The position numbers were made by a program, and so were the translations under genes. From Thainema sp. (lineage in GTDB: Bacteria; Cyanobacteriota; Cyanobacteriia; Phormidesmidales; Phormidesmidaceae), in assembly GCA_052168235.1 (NCBI GenBank), contig JBQLZK010000010.1, positions 1-64,000 of the forward strand: a stretch of 64,000 nt of DNA. The letters run 5' to 3'. Under the pieces are notes generated by a model. It saw only the letters and a program-made list of their open reading frames with translations, did not search any database and was not told where the DNA came from. The stretch's first letter is position 1. Each line of letters begins with the position of its first letter. This document shows, in pieces, positions 50,289 through 60,307 of the stretch.

Positions 50289-51797
50289 CTAGACCAGTAC
50301 AGGCTCACTTTGTTGCGCTCGGTCTGATGCAGCCTGAGCTTCCCGGAATAAGTGGTTAGCCCACTGCTGCACGTCATAGCGCTGAATTGCGTGCAGTAGC
50401 TTGCCATTCCGCTCCTGCTGCTCTTCACTAGACATGTCGAGCGCCTGATCAATTGACTCATCCATCCGCGTGGAAGAATACGGATTCGTCAAAACGGCAT
50501 CCGGTAGTTCAACCGCAGCTCCAGTGAATTCGGACAGAATCAAAACGCCGTCCTTGCCCTTGTGCGCGACAACGTATTCTTTGGCAACCAGGTTTAAGCC
50601 ATCCCGCAGCGGTGTAATCCAGGCGATATCCGCCGCCGCATAGCAGGCCATCAGTTCATCAAACGGCAGTGGCTTAGTAAATAGCAGAATCGGCGTCCAG
50701 TTCAGCTTGGCAAAGCGACCGTTAATCTTACCAACTAGCTGCTCAATTTGAGCTTGGGCATTGCGATAGACGCGCATTCCTTCTGCGGGCTTGGCTGCTG
50801 TAACCAGCAGATTGATCTTACCCTGCACCTCTGGTCTGCGCTCCAGCAACCGCTCGTAGCACAGCAGCATTTCACGGGTTCCCTTCACATAGTCAACCCG
50901 GCCAGCGGAGATGATCAGCTTGTTGCCGTTCAACTCTTCCCGAATCTCTGTCACCCGCTTTTGCACTTCAGGGCGCTCAACAATAGAGCGAATCAGCTCC
51001 GGATTGGTACCTACAGGAAACGCATCTAGATTGACGATCCGACCGTTATGTTCAATCTGAGTCGTCAATTCAGGCTCAGCCAGTGCGGTTCCAAATGGCG
51101 TAAATGCTTTGTCTACAGGCTTTTGGGTGATCGTCTTGGTTCCTCGAAGACTGCGAGCTACATCAACAAAGTTCTGCACGTAGCGCGGAATATGGAATCC
51201 AACTAGATCACAGCACAACAGACTGTCCACAATCGCCTCACGCCACGGCAGGATGTTGAAAATATCCGACGAGGGGAACGGCGTGTGATGGAAAAAGGCG
51301 ATTTTCACATTCGGCATCCGCTGCCGGATGAAGTAAGGCGCTAGCCACAGGTTATAGTCATGCACCCAGATCAGCGCATCGTCTGCCGCGTCTTCGCAAG
51401 CTGCTTCGGCAAACATCTCATTGATGTGCTTGAAGTTTTCCCAGTCAGACGAATCGTAGGTGAACTGCCAGGGGAAGGAGTGCAGAATCGGCCAGAATGC
51501 TTCTTTTGAAGTGATGTGGTAGAAGTTCTTGACCTGGTCAGCACTCAGCGGAATGCGGCGCACAATACAGCCATCGTTACCACCTTCAACCTGTACGCGC
51601 TCTTGGAAGTTCGTCTGCTGTTTGGCGTTGACCTGTTTCCAGGCGACCCAAGTGCCTTGGTCGGAGTTTAAGAAAAAGCTTTTGAGTGTTGGGACAATTC
51701 CATTCGGGCTTTTTTTATCAACGTAGCGAACTTTGCCATCGATCTTAACCTCATCATAGGGTTCTCGATGGTAAAGGATGACAAGTGATGATTTCAT
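50289..51797 (-). CDS. ggpS: Glucosylglycerol-phosphate synthase (GT20)
   Basis: MKSSLVILYHREPYDE, SPNGIVPTL, WVHDYNLWL, FFHHTPFP, RVDYVKG, PLRDGLNLVAKEY; next to glpD and divergent from gghA, as in Synechocystis. Confidence 0.95.
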   Translation of the reverse strand: MKSSLVILYHREPYDEVKIDGKVRYVDKKSPNGIVPTLKSFFLNSDQGTWVAWKQVNAKQQTNFQERVQVEGGNDGCIVRRIPLSADQVKNFYHITSKEAFWPILHSFPWQFTYDSSDWENFKHINEMFAEAACEDAADDALIWVHDYNLWLAPYFIRQRMPNVKIAFFHHTPFPSSDIFNILPWREAIVDSLLCCDLVGFHIPRYVQNFVDVARSLRGTKTITQKPVDKAFTPFGTALAEPELTTQIEHNGRIVNLDAFPVGTNPELIRSIVERPEVQKRVTEIREELNGNKLIISAGRVDYVKGTREMLLCYERLLERRPEVQGKINLLVTAAKPAEGMRVYRNAQAQIEQLVGKINGRFAKLNWTPILLFTKPLPFDELMACYAAADIAWITPLRDGLNLVAKEYVVAHKGKDGVLILSEFTGAAVELPDAVLTNPYSSTRMDESIDQALDMSSEEQQERNGKLLHAIQRYDVQQWANHLFREAQAASDRAQQSEPVLV

Positions 51798-52010
51798 GCA
51801 ATTTGCTCCTATGCACTGCTAGTAAACAACCGTAAATCGGTTTAAAACGGGGTTCTAGATTGCATTGGATGAATGCCGAAACATGCCTAAGCGCTCGGAA
51901 CGGAATAATGCATTCGGCTCAGACGCTAACCGTAAAAGTCAGCCTGCAGCAAATATTGCGAGCGATTGAGCATGGCGCTGAGCGGGAAACTCATCTGGCA
52001 TCAAACCAAT

Positions 52011-52081
52011 GACTGTCTTCTTTGGCGAATTTAATTTTGGCGAATTTAACGGCTAAAACCAGAATAAAACTCGACTGTCTT
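52011..52081. promoter_or_regulatory. Direct repeats in the ggpS-gghA divergent promoter region (candidate operator)
   Basis: TTTGGCGAATTTAA at 52021 and 52036, bracketed by GACTGTCTT at 52011 and 52073. Confidence 0.35.
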
Positions 52082-52731
52082 TACACACCCAATCTTAACC
52101 TTGCTCAATCAACGGATCCATTTTATGGAGATGATGAAGCGTTTGGTTGCAAGCTAGATTTATTTTGCTCAAACCCAGATCAAGGTTGGTACGACAAGAC
52201 ACTTTTCGAGAAATTCTGAATCGTTTTTCGCTTTACTTACAATTTTCTTTTACAACGATCAGTCTTCAACCTGGGACATGCCGAGCCTCGACATCAGTAT
52301 TATCAACATGTGATTCTAAAGACCTCCAAAGGCTTTCCTGGTCAACTCCCCAGCCAATCGATACCCAACCAGATTGCGATCGCAAATTCGCATCCATGCT
52401 GTGCAATCAACTTAGCAGAAGAGCAGTATTAACCACAGCCAATATAAAAAAATGCTAAAACGCGCCAATAAAATATTAGCGCAAACCGCCAAATCAAAAA
52501 TCATTCATGCGGCTGATGCTTGATAGGCCAAAGGGTAGGTTTACTGCTGATCGGTACTCATTTTTACAAATTAAATCACCCAAAAAACTGGCTTTTCTGT
52601 ACGCATCTGAGACAGAATAGGGGTTCGGGTCTTTGAACTGACCTTGGATGCCAAGCGTTAGGCTGACTGAGCGTTGTCCTAAGCTGGCAGCAGAATTTTG
52701 TGTAGCATTCAAAAATTTTTTGGCGTTTGCT

Positions 52732-55374
52732 GTGACTCAGACTACTTCTCTCTCCGTCGCTCTTGTTGAAAAAGAAACTCAACAACTCCTTGATTGGGCA
52801 GCTCGCATTACAGATGCATCAGAACTCACATATCTACAGCGATCGCAGATTTTAGCCCGCCGATTGGGTGCTCATTGGCAAGAAGAGACCGGACTGACCG
52901 AAATTGGGTTTTGGACACCAGAGTTAGCCGGGGAGGTTATCCAGTCTGATCGGCAAATTTATTTGGAGGTGCTTACCCCGCTCACTCCAATTGATTTCCG
53001 CCAGAAAGAACAAACGCTTAAGTTCCAGCGCGACTGCATTCGGCTACCGCTCCAGGGGGAATTTATCTGGGGCGTTGTCGAAGGAATGAAACCTGGACGA
53101 CGGGATCAAGCAGGTTCGTTCTATTGGCTGCGGTTTGTAGATATCGAGAACCGCATGCATACCATCCGCGATCCCCTAGCTTATTCGGTGCCCTACGGTG
53201 TGTTTGGCCCCGCTGAACTCTACGACATGGATCGCCTACAGCAGGAACGCCCAGAGTTGGATTACTTCCGCCAAACCGGGCTGTCAACGATGGTAGAAGA
53301 CGCTGTTGAAAAAGCCATTGCTGGCAGCGCTGCCGACACCGCCACTGGAAATGGTGCAGCCGTTGTGGATCATCTAGAATCGGTCATGACCGAGGAGGAG
53401 ATTCAGCAGCTGCCTCGGGTTCCGTCTCCGACCAACATCCTGCAAATTCACGTCAATACCGCCTCTGAAGCTGGCACGTTAGAAGGTTTGACCGCCATCT
53501 ATCAAGAAATCTCGGACAAACTCGCGGCAGGCAAAGAATTGACGGCTGATGAGATTCACTACGTCGGCTATGATGCAGTGCAGTTTTTGCCGCTGGAACC
53601 AACGATTGAATATCGCTTAGAGGACGTGAGCAACATTGCTCACGAGTTCTTTGCCATCGATGATCCCGATGGGCATGTTCAAGCGGGGATGGCCGAAGAA
53701 TCAGAGGTTATGGATGTTACGCTGCGGAAGTCCAAGACGCAGAACTGGGGCTATGATGTGCCCATTTTGGCTTCATCGGCTACTAATCCTGCCATTATGG
53801 GCAGCTTGCGTCCGGATGAGCTAATTGATTTAACGGCGACGCTGCACAATTTTTCCCAAGGCCCAATTCAGGTCATTTACGACCTTGTCTATGGACACGC
53901 GGACAATCAATGTCTGGAACTGCTGGGTCGCCAATATCTCAAAGGCCCCAATATGTATGGGCAGGATCTCAACCACCAGCTGCCGGGTGTGCGAGCCATT
54001 TTGCTGGAAATGCAGCGGCGTAAAATCAACACCGGGGCCGATGGTATTCGCGTCGATGGCGGGCAAGATTTTCGCTACTTTAATCCGATGTCGGGCCGAG
54101 TCGAGCAGGATGATGCCTACCTGCTGGCCATGAGCGATGTCGTGCAGGACATCAACGGCTATCAGCGACTGCTCTTTACCATTTTTGAAGATGGCCGGCC
54201 TTGGCCAGAAGAAGGCTGGGAAGAAAAATCTACCTATCGCGATCTGATTGAACTTAGACCAGAGTCCTATCAATGGGGCCCATTAATTTTTGCCCACAAT
54301 ACGCCCACACTCAGAGGATTTTGGGATCGCAAGTGGCGACGCGTTTGTGAAGTGATGTACCAAGGCGATCGCTGGATCACTGGCTGCGCCAACCACGACA
54401 CGGTTCGACGCGGCAACCAAGTTGACACGGACAGTCCAGTCAACTGGAATTTAGGCTGCACCTTGCCGGATGTTTTGCGCAATGCCTATCAAAATCCGGC
54501 AACCTTGCTGTGGATCTATGGATTCAGTCCCGGTTTGCCGATGGATTTTCTCAACGCCAGCTTTCGTGCTCCCTGGGGATTCTTCCGTAACACCGACGAT
54601 CGCTACGGGGTCAAGGTCGTTTCTGAAGAAGTCGGCTTCTTAGACTGGCAGGTTGAACCGGAGGTCTATCAGCGCCCCGAAACCTTTTCCCGAATTAAAC
54701 AGCTTGGATTCAACAAGCTGGATGAGCTGAAGCAGTTTGCCAAAGCACTGCGCATTGCCATGATTGAAACGGATTATGATTTGGAAGCCGTCGCTGAAAT
54801 GTGCCAACACTGCATTGGCGATGATCCCAGTAGCTGTGAGATGCCATCACTGGAAGAACTGGGTGATGATCCAGATCGGCCTGAGTTTTTGAGAAATCTG
54901 GATGTGCATCAGCTTAAGGAGTTTGCCATGGCCTTTATGGAAGATGGGCATGAACTCTGTAAGGTGTCTCATTATCGTCACGACGTAAACCCTCAGCACA
55001 GTGAATATGCACTGAGCCTGCGCCGCTACCGCCAAGCAAATCCGTGGCTAGGAGATAATCTTACGGGCCTGGATCGGTTTAATCGAATTAGTGACGATCA
55101 GCGTACAATCTTCTACGGTATGCGCACCGCTCCCCATCACAGCCATGATGAACAACCACAGAAGCAGGTGGTGTTTGTTGCACATATGGGCGGCGATCCA
55201 ACTCCCGTTGCCCTGGCGGATTGGCTCCAGCTTGATCTGAGCGATTGGCAAGTGGCCCTGACGACGCCCAAGGTTGATGTTGATGACGCCTTAGCGACTC
55301 ATCCAGAACATCCGGTATTTGAGCTGTGTGACGGTCAAGGTGTCTTGTTTGAACGAAACTTGGAGCCGAGTTAG
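52732..55374 (+). CDS. gghA: Glucosylglycerol hydrolase (Slr1670-like, GH13-type motifs)
   Basis: RLGAH, EIGFWTPEL, NWGYD, YDLVYGH, DGIRVDGGQDF, FEDGRPW, ANHDT; divergent from ggpS; start uncertain (GTG 52732 vs ATG 52648). Confidence 0.88.
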   Translation: MTQTTSLSVALVEKETQQLLDWAARITDASELTYLQRSQILARRLGAHWQEETGLTEIGFWTPELAGEVIQSDRQIYLEVLTPLTPIDFRQKEQTLKFQRDCIRLPLQGEFIWGVVEGMKPGRRDQAGSFYWLRFVDIENRMHTIRDPLAYSVPYGVFGPAELYDMDRLQQERPELDYFRQTGLSTMVEDAVEKAIAGSAADTATGNGAAVVDHLESVMTEEEIQQLPRVPSPTNILQIHVNTASEAGTLEGLTAIYQEISDKLAAGKELTADEIHYVGYDAVQFLPLEPTIEYRLEDVSNIAHEFFAIDDPDGHVQAGMAEESEVMDVTLRKSKTQNWGYDVPILASSATNPAIMGSLRPDELIDLTATLHNFSQGPIQVIYDLVYGHADNQCLELLGRQYLKGPNMYGQDLNHQLPGVRAILLEMQRRKINTGADGIRVDGGQDFRYFNPMSGRVEQDDAYLLAMSDVVQDINGYQRLLFTIFEDGRPWPEEGWEEKSTYRDLIELRPESYQWGPLIFAHNTPTLRGFWDRKWRRVCEVMYQGDRWITGCANHDTVRRGNQVDTDSPVNWNLGCTLPDVLRNAYQNPATLLWIYGFSPGLPMDFLNASFRAPWGFFRNTDDRYGVKVVSEEVGFLDWQVEPEVYQRPETFSRIKQLGFNKLDELKQFAKALRIAMIETDYDLEAVAEMCQHCIGDDPSSCEMPSLEELGDDPDRPEFLRNLDVHQLKEFAMAFMEDGHELCKVSHYRHDVNPQHSEYALSLRRYRQANPWLGDNLTGLDRFNRISDDQRTIFYGMRTAPHHSHDEQPQKQVVFVAHMGGDPTPVALADWLQLDLSDWQVALTTPKVDVDDALATHPEHPVFELCDGQGVLFERNLEPS

Positions 55375-55444
55375 TCGTCTCTAAAACAGACTCAAAACAG
55401 ATCTAAAGCAGACACTCATCCCCAATTGGACAGATGCAACGGGG

Positions 55445-55467
55445 TTTGCAGCGAATTTGGCTGCAAA
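55445..55467 (+). terminator. Hairpin downstream of gghA
   Basis: TTTGCAGC / GCTGCAAA stem; no clear U-tract. Confidence 0.35.
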
Positions 55468-55583
55468 GTCCCGGAGTAGCAGGGATAGCGACTTGTTAAA
55501 AAGCAGCGTCAATATCTACCCAATTTAGGGTGAGTGAGCTACCCTAATTGAGTTCTCAGAAATGTGAAATGTGAGGCAGTTGT

Positions 55584-56243
55584 TTGCGGGTGATGGGTTC
55601 GAAATTGCGTTCTAGCCAACGACGGTTAAGCCGATATGCTGGTCGAAAGCAGGTGCGATCGCGGCGACGATTGTGGCTGTCGTACTTGTTCATCGGAGTT
55701 GCGATCGCACTGTTAGGTTTTGGGATTAGACAAGCATCCGGTTTCAATATGCAGTCGCCGCAGGCCATTTTTGTCCTGGGAGGAGCCCCCGAACGAGAAA
55801 ACTTTGCCGCACAGCTAGCTCAGCAGTATCCTGAGCTGGACGTTTGGGTTTCATCTGGCAGTAATCCAGAATATGCCGAATGGGTTTTTAGCGAAGCCCA
55901 GGTTGACCCAGAGCGCGTTCATCTTGATTACAGAGCCGTTGATACGGTCACAAATTTTACAACGCTGGTGGATACGTTTGAAGCACAAGACATCCAGCAG
56001 GTTTACTTGGTAACATCGGACTACCATATGCGTCGTGCTCGGATTATCGGTCAAATTGTATTTGGCAGCCGAGGGATTCAGTTTGAGCCTGTTCCCATCC
56101 CGACGGGTGAACCATCTGAGAGCTTGGATGTGGCTGCGCGGGACGGGGCACGAGCACTGATGTGGGTGATGACAGGGAAAACGGGTTCGACCCTTCATCC
56201 GGCGCAGCGCTATTCGGCGCTAACGAAGGGCATATTTGATTGA
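55584..56243 (+). CDS. YdcF/DUF218 family protein
   Basis: One TM segment, then AIFVLGG, WVSSG, AVDTVTNFT, LVTSDYHMRRA; start uncertain. Confidence 0.88.
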   Translation: MRVMGSKLRSSQRRLSRYAGRKQVRSRRRLWLSYLFIGVAIALLGFGIRQASGFNMQSPQAIFVLGGAPERENFAAQLAQQYPELDVWVSSGSNPEYAEWVFSEAQVDPERVHLDYRAVDTVTNFTTLVDTFEAQDIQQVYLVTSDYHMRRARIIGQIVFGSRGIQFEPVPIPTGEPSESLDVAARDGARALMWVMTGKTGSTLHPAQRYSALTKGIFD

Positions 56244-56285
56244 TCCTAGTAGATAATCCCAGTAGATAGAGGCCCGTAAGGTCAG

Positions 56286-57521
56286 ATGTCGAAGGAAATC
56301 CTGCATTTAGGTGAACTGGTCGAGCAATGCCAAGCAAAAATTGTTGAACAATGGACAGAATCCGTTCAGCAGCATCGAGACATTGAAGCCGCTGATGAGT
56401 TGCCACCAATGGCAATTCGGGATCATGTGCCGTCCGTTTTAAGCGCGATCGCAGATTGCCTCAAGCAGTATGACTACAGTAATGCGGTTGAAGCTGTAGC
56501 CAGTGCCAGCCTAAGTCATGGCGTTTTAAGAGCCAAACAGGGATTTGATCCCACAGAGGTTGTACAGGAATATCGGCTGCTGCGCCAAGCCGTGATTCGA
56601 AACCTAGAGCCGTATTTGGAGAGCTTAACACCGTCCCAGATTTTTTCGGGCATGAACGTGGTCAATGAAGTCGTTGATTTAGCGTTAACGAAATGCTTTG
56701 AGAGCTATGTTGAATCGCGTCTCCAAGAGCTAGAGCAGCTTAAGGAGCAGGTCAAACTGACGACTGGGGAACTCTCGCAGCTGGTTCACACCAGCCAAGA
56801 ACAGGTTGCGTTCCTGGCGCATGAACTCAAGACTCCGCTGAACTCGATCATCGGCTACTCTGAGCTGCTACTGCGTCAGCAGCAGGGAGCACTGAGCCAA
56901 TCCGTTGCGCTGGATAACCTTGATAGTTTGGAGCGGGTACTGCGGAATGGGCAGCGGTTACTGAAGCTGGTGAATCAGGTTTTAGAGTTTTCCTACTACG
57001 AAAACCAATCGGTTCAGTTAGACATTCAGTTGGTTCAGCCGCGCCAGCTGCTGCAAACGGTGGTTGAGACGTTAGAACCACTGGCCAGCAAGAAAGGACT
57101 GGACATTATCATAGACTGCGATCGCGCTCCCGAAACGGTGGAGACCGACCCGCTGAAGCTAGAGCAGGTGCTGATCAATCTCGGCAGCAACGCCATTCGC
57201 TATACCGAAAAGGGCCATGTGCAGCTGACGGCAGTCGCCGTTGCGGATCAGCAGTGGCAACTTGCGATCGCGGATACGGGAATCGGCATGGATACTGAAA
57301 CGCAGAAAAAAATCTTTGAGCCGTTTTTCCGCGCCCAGTCGCCAGACGCACAGAAGAATTTGCTCTGGAAAGGCACGGGTTTAGGACTGGCAATCACGGC
57401 CAAGATTGTGGTTTTGCTCAAGGGAGAACTTGAAGTTGTCTCTAAACTGAATGACGGTTCCACATTTACCGTTCAGCTACCGACCGCCTATGGTTCGCTA
57501 GATAAAGCTGATATTGATTGA
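56286..57521 (+). CDS. Soluble sensor histidine kinase with RsbRD-N-like N-terminal domain
   Basis: H-box LAHELKTPLNSI, N-box NLGSNAIRYT, DTGIG, FEPF, GTGLGL; N-terminal HGVLRAKQGFD..EVVQEY. Confidence 0.9.
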   Translation: MSKEILHLGELVEQCQAKIVEQWTESVQQHRDIEAADELPPMAIRDHVPSVLSAIADCLKQYDYSNAVEAVASASLSHGVLRAKQGFDPTEVVQEYRLLRQAVIRNLEPYLESLTPSQIFSGMNVVNEVVDLALTKCFESYVESRLQELEQLKEQVKLTTGELSQLVHTSQEQVAFLAHELKTPLNSIIGYSELLLRQQQGALSQSVALDNLDSLERVLRNGQRLLKLVNQVLEFSYYENQSVQLDIQLVQPRQLLQTVVETLEPLASKKGLDIIIDCDRAPETVETDPLKLEQVLINLGSNAIRYTEKGHVQLTAVAVADQQWQLAIADTGIGMDTETQKKIFEPFFRAQSPDAQKNLLWKGTGLGLAITAKIVVLLKGELEVVSKLNDGSTFTVQLPTAYGSLDKADID

Positions 57522-57545
57522 GACGCTCGCTGAGCAAGCATTTCA

Positions 57546-59906
57546 TCAAATTTCAGTCTCTGGTTCTTCAAGGCACACCGCCACGCGGGCAAATTTCAGG
57601 CCAGTTACTCCTTGCAATGGCTCAACAGCACCTTGAGTGATCTTCTCGCCCACCCAGCCTTCCCGCTGCAGATAGCGCACGTATTGACGGTACTCTTCCC
57701 ACTCCTCTGGCGTAGAGTAAACGATGGTCAACATGCCGGGTTGGGTAATGCGAGTGCGGGTTTCGGCATCCACCGCTTTATCGATGCGCTTCTTAACGAT
57801 TTCATAACGCGTATCGCGCGTGCCGCGCACGTCGAACAGCCGCTCAGTCGTTTCGTCATGGATAATATCGACCGTACTCACCTGCACCAGCACTAAATGA
57901 GTAATTTCAAGCTGGGTTTGAAACCGCTGCTTCAACGTAAACGACACCCGCGCGCAGTCACAGACGGCCCGCAACTGCTCATAGCGCAAGCTGCGTAGAT
58001 GAAAGGGCTTGAAGGTCGGATCAATCGATTCCCCGACATAAATCATGTGGTCAATACCGTCGGTCGTCTCAATATCACAGTAGTGCTTGACCACCTGCTG
58101 CATTTTCTCCTGCCAAGCCATCCAGGTATCGCGCAGCAGGCCGTTGATTTGCTGGATGATTTGGTCGTAGGCTTGGCGAGCCTGATAGACGCAGCCGTGG
58201 TCATTGTCACAAGCCGCTTCGTAGGCTTCCACTGCCGCCAATGCCTGGGGGCTACACTGCCGGAAGTAGGCAAAATGCTTTTCTAAATGTTGTTCTAGAT
58301 AGCGAGTCAGCGTCACCTCAGCATCAACGGTGACCCCCTCGTGTAGCTGCGCGATATGCTCGTCTAAATCCTGCTTGAGCTGCTGTCCTAAAGCAGTTTC
58401 CGTACTGTCACAAACCGCATTGATGATGTCAATGCCCAGCTGAAACTGGTGCAGCAAGTCGGTTTGAATCGCTCGATTGCGCTCATTAGACGATCCCCGA
58501 ATATCCGAAATGCCGTAGAGAGGGTAGACATCATTGAACACTATTGTTTCCGGCGGCAGTCCCCAACTGCGGCGTTCCGCTTCTTGGACAAACCGCCACT
58601 CGACAGCGGGGTGAATTTTGGTAAACCGCCGCTGGATAGCGTGACGCAGAGCTGCTGTCAGTGCCGGAATGAGCGTCGCCGCATTGCGGCAGTCCACGCT
58701 GTCAAAATGGTACGCCTGCTGACTGGTTAATCCCACAACGCCGATCAGCTTACTCTGTGCTGCTGATGTTTCGAGCATGGATTGAACTACTAAGGGAATG
58801 ATCAACAGCGATCGCACTCCCTTATCCTGGATAAACTGTTCGCATCGGGTCGGACAATCAGCCTGCAAATTGGGAATATTCAGCACCTGTGCCGCTTCTG
58901 CCGCTGTAAAGAAGTGAGATCCTTGCAGTTCCGCCATTGGAAATGCAGTGGCATCGTCTTGGAGATTTTCTAGCCCAATGATCAGACGGGCCTGATCATT
59001 TTCGGCACTGAGGATGAAGCTGTTATCGGCCCGGAAAAGGGTGCGTACAAACTTATTAACCCGATGCATTTTGCGCGGTTGCAGCACCGACTCTCGATCA
59101 ATCAAAAGCTGAATCAGGCTATGAATCGTTTGCCGCTCGGTGACTTCCACTCCTTCCAGCAGCAGCACGCCCTCCACCTGATAGCGCTCTAGATCGAGCC
59201 GATCTACCAGAGCTTGAACCTGTTCCGGGGCCAGCAGTTGGCCAATCAGCTCTGAGCGGCTGGACTGGGGGGTAACGCCTAAATCATTAAACTCGTCTGA
59301 TAGCGGATCAGAGAGCTTGACTCGCATGCGATCGCTGCGTAGACGCAGCTCTAACTGCACCGTCTGCTCTTTGGTGGGGGACAGATTAACCAGCAGCGTG
59401 TCATTCAACAAACGCTCAAATTCGGGCGATTGAATATGGTAGTACTGCTGTAAAACAGCATAGAGAACATGGCGACGATACAGTTGCTGGAAAGCTTCCC
59501 GTTCAGCGGTTGAGAGCAGTTCCAGCAAGTTCCAAGCCGAAGTCGTCGAATCCGCAGTCGAATCTGGATCAGCTTGCTTAGCCAGTAACGGCGCAATGAT
59601 TTGCTGGAGATGATTATTAACGGAGCGAACTTGAAAGGTTTTCAGATCAATCACAGCCATCAGCAAATGGCTATGATCGTTAAAATGAGACAGCCAGCCT
59701 AGATTTTGATAATACTCGTCGAGTGCCGCTAAATCAGCCGTCGTTTGTTCATCTAGCGCTCCTTGATGGGTGAGCTTGCCCCGCAGGCGTTCCAAGATCG
59801 CGTCAATGGCAATATCATAGGCAGCATCCCGCTCGGATCCACTGAACGTGTGGGCCTGAGCCACCTGTGACAACCGATTCGATGACAGAAACGATGACGT
59901 GGACAT
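57546..59906 (-). CDS. GAF-domain protein with a C-terminal domain resembling a divergent class III nucleotide cyclase
   Basis: GAF: GVRSLLIIPL...LIGVVGLTS...F; C-terminal SDIRGSS, TTDG, FDVRG, KKRIDKA, PGMLTIVYS, LQGVTGLK; ATG at 59906 (MSTSS) preferred over 60185. Confidence 0.7.
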   Translation of the reverse strand: MSTSSFLSSNRLSQVAQAHTFSGSERDAAYDIAIDAILERLRGKLTHQGALDEQTTADLAALDEYYQNLGWLSHFNDHSHLLMAVIDLKTFQVRSVNNHLQQIIAPLLAKQADPDSTADSTTSAWNLLELLSTAEREAFQQLYRRHVLYAVLQQYYHIQSPEFERLLNDTLLVNLSPTKEQTVQLELRLRSDRMRVKLSDPLSDEFNDLGVTPQSSRSELIGQLLAPEQVQALVDRLDLERYQVEGVLLLEGVEVTERQTIHSLIQLLIDRESVLQPRKMHRVNKFVRTLFRADNSFILSAENDQARLIIGLENLQDDATAFPMAELQGSHFFTAAEAAQVLNIPNLQADCPTRCEQFIQDKGVRSLLIIPLVVQSMLETSAAQSKLIGVVGLTSQQAYHFDSVDCRNAATLIPALTAALRHAIQRRFTKIHPAVEWRFVQEAERRSWGLPPETIVFNDVYPLYGISDIRGSSNERNRAIQTDLLHQFQLGIDIINAVCDSTETALGQQLKQDLDEHIAQLHEGVTVDAEVTLTRYLEQHLEKHFAYFRQCSPQALAAVEAYEAACDNDHGCVYQARQAYDQIIQQINGLLRDTWMAWQEKMQQVVKHYCDIETTDGIDHMIYVGESIDPTFKPFHLRSLRYEQLRAVCDCARVSFTLKQRFQTQLEITHLVLVQVSTVDIIHDETTERLFDVRGTRDTRYEIVKKRIDKAVDAETRTRITQPGMLTIVYSTPEEWEEYRQYVRYLQREGWVGEKITQGAVEPLQGVTGLKFARVAVCLEEPETEI

Positions 59907-60307
59907 GGGTTGAACCCCTTGAAGCGTGCGTTGGCATGGAACTCCTGCGCTAGTCTGTACCCTAGAGGGCTGTAGGGAACGAAGAAACGGTATTTTGTAT
60001 AGCTTAACCAAACCCTTTAGAATAAATGAAGAAGTCATATAAATTCCTTGACAATGGCTGCCGTTGATATCAAGCCAATCCAAGCTCGCTGATATTAAGC
60101 TTTCATTGTGGAATACCTGCGCTGACTGAAATCTTTGTTCTTCATGCAAATCCGTGGCAAGGGCGTTGTAAATGCGATCGCACACGGATCTGCAACCACG
60201 TCAGTTATCCAGACGTGACAATTTCTCCGCGTGAGCTACGGAGCAAATTACAGGGCAGTTAGCGGCAGGTTTTGTTGTCTTAGAGTTAACGCGTTTGGCC
60301 TATATCC

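Noticed and set aside
52022..52785. Four small ORFs between ggpS and gghA as GgpR candidates
   Set aside because: Weak non-ATG starts, mutual overlaps and no similarity I can recognise; not called without a search
55379..55412. Three short degenerate repeats (CTAAAACAGA-like) after gghA
   Set aside because: Too short and irregular for a CRISPR or functional array
59907..60185. 93-aa N-terminal extension of the GAF protein in the ORF track
   Set aside because: Looks like open non-coding promoter sequence shared with divergent ffh; the downstream ATG at 59906 is more plausible
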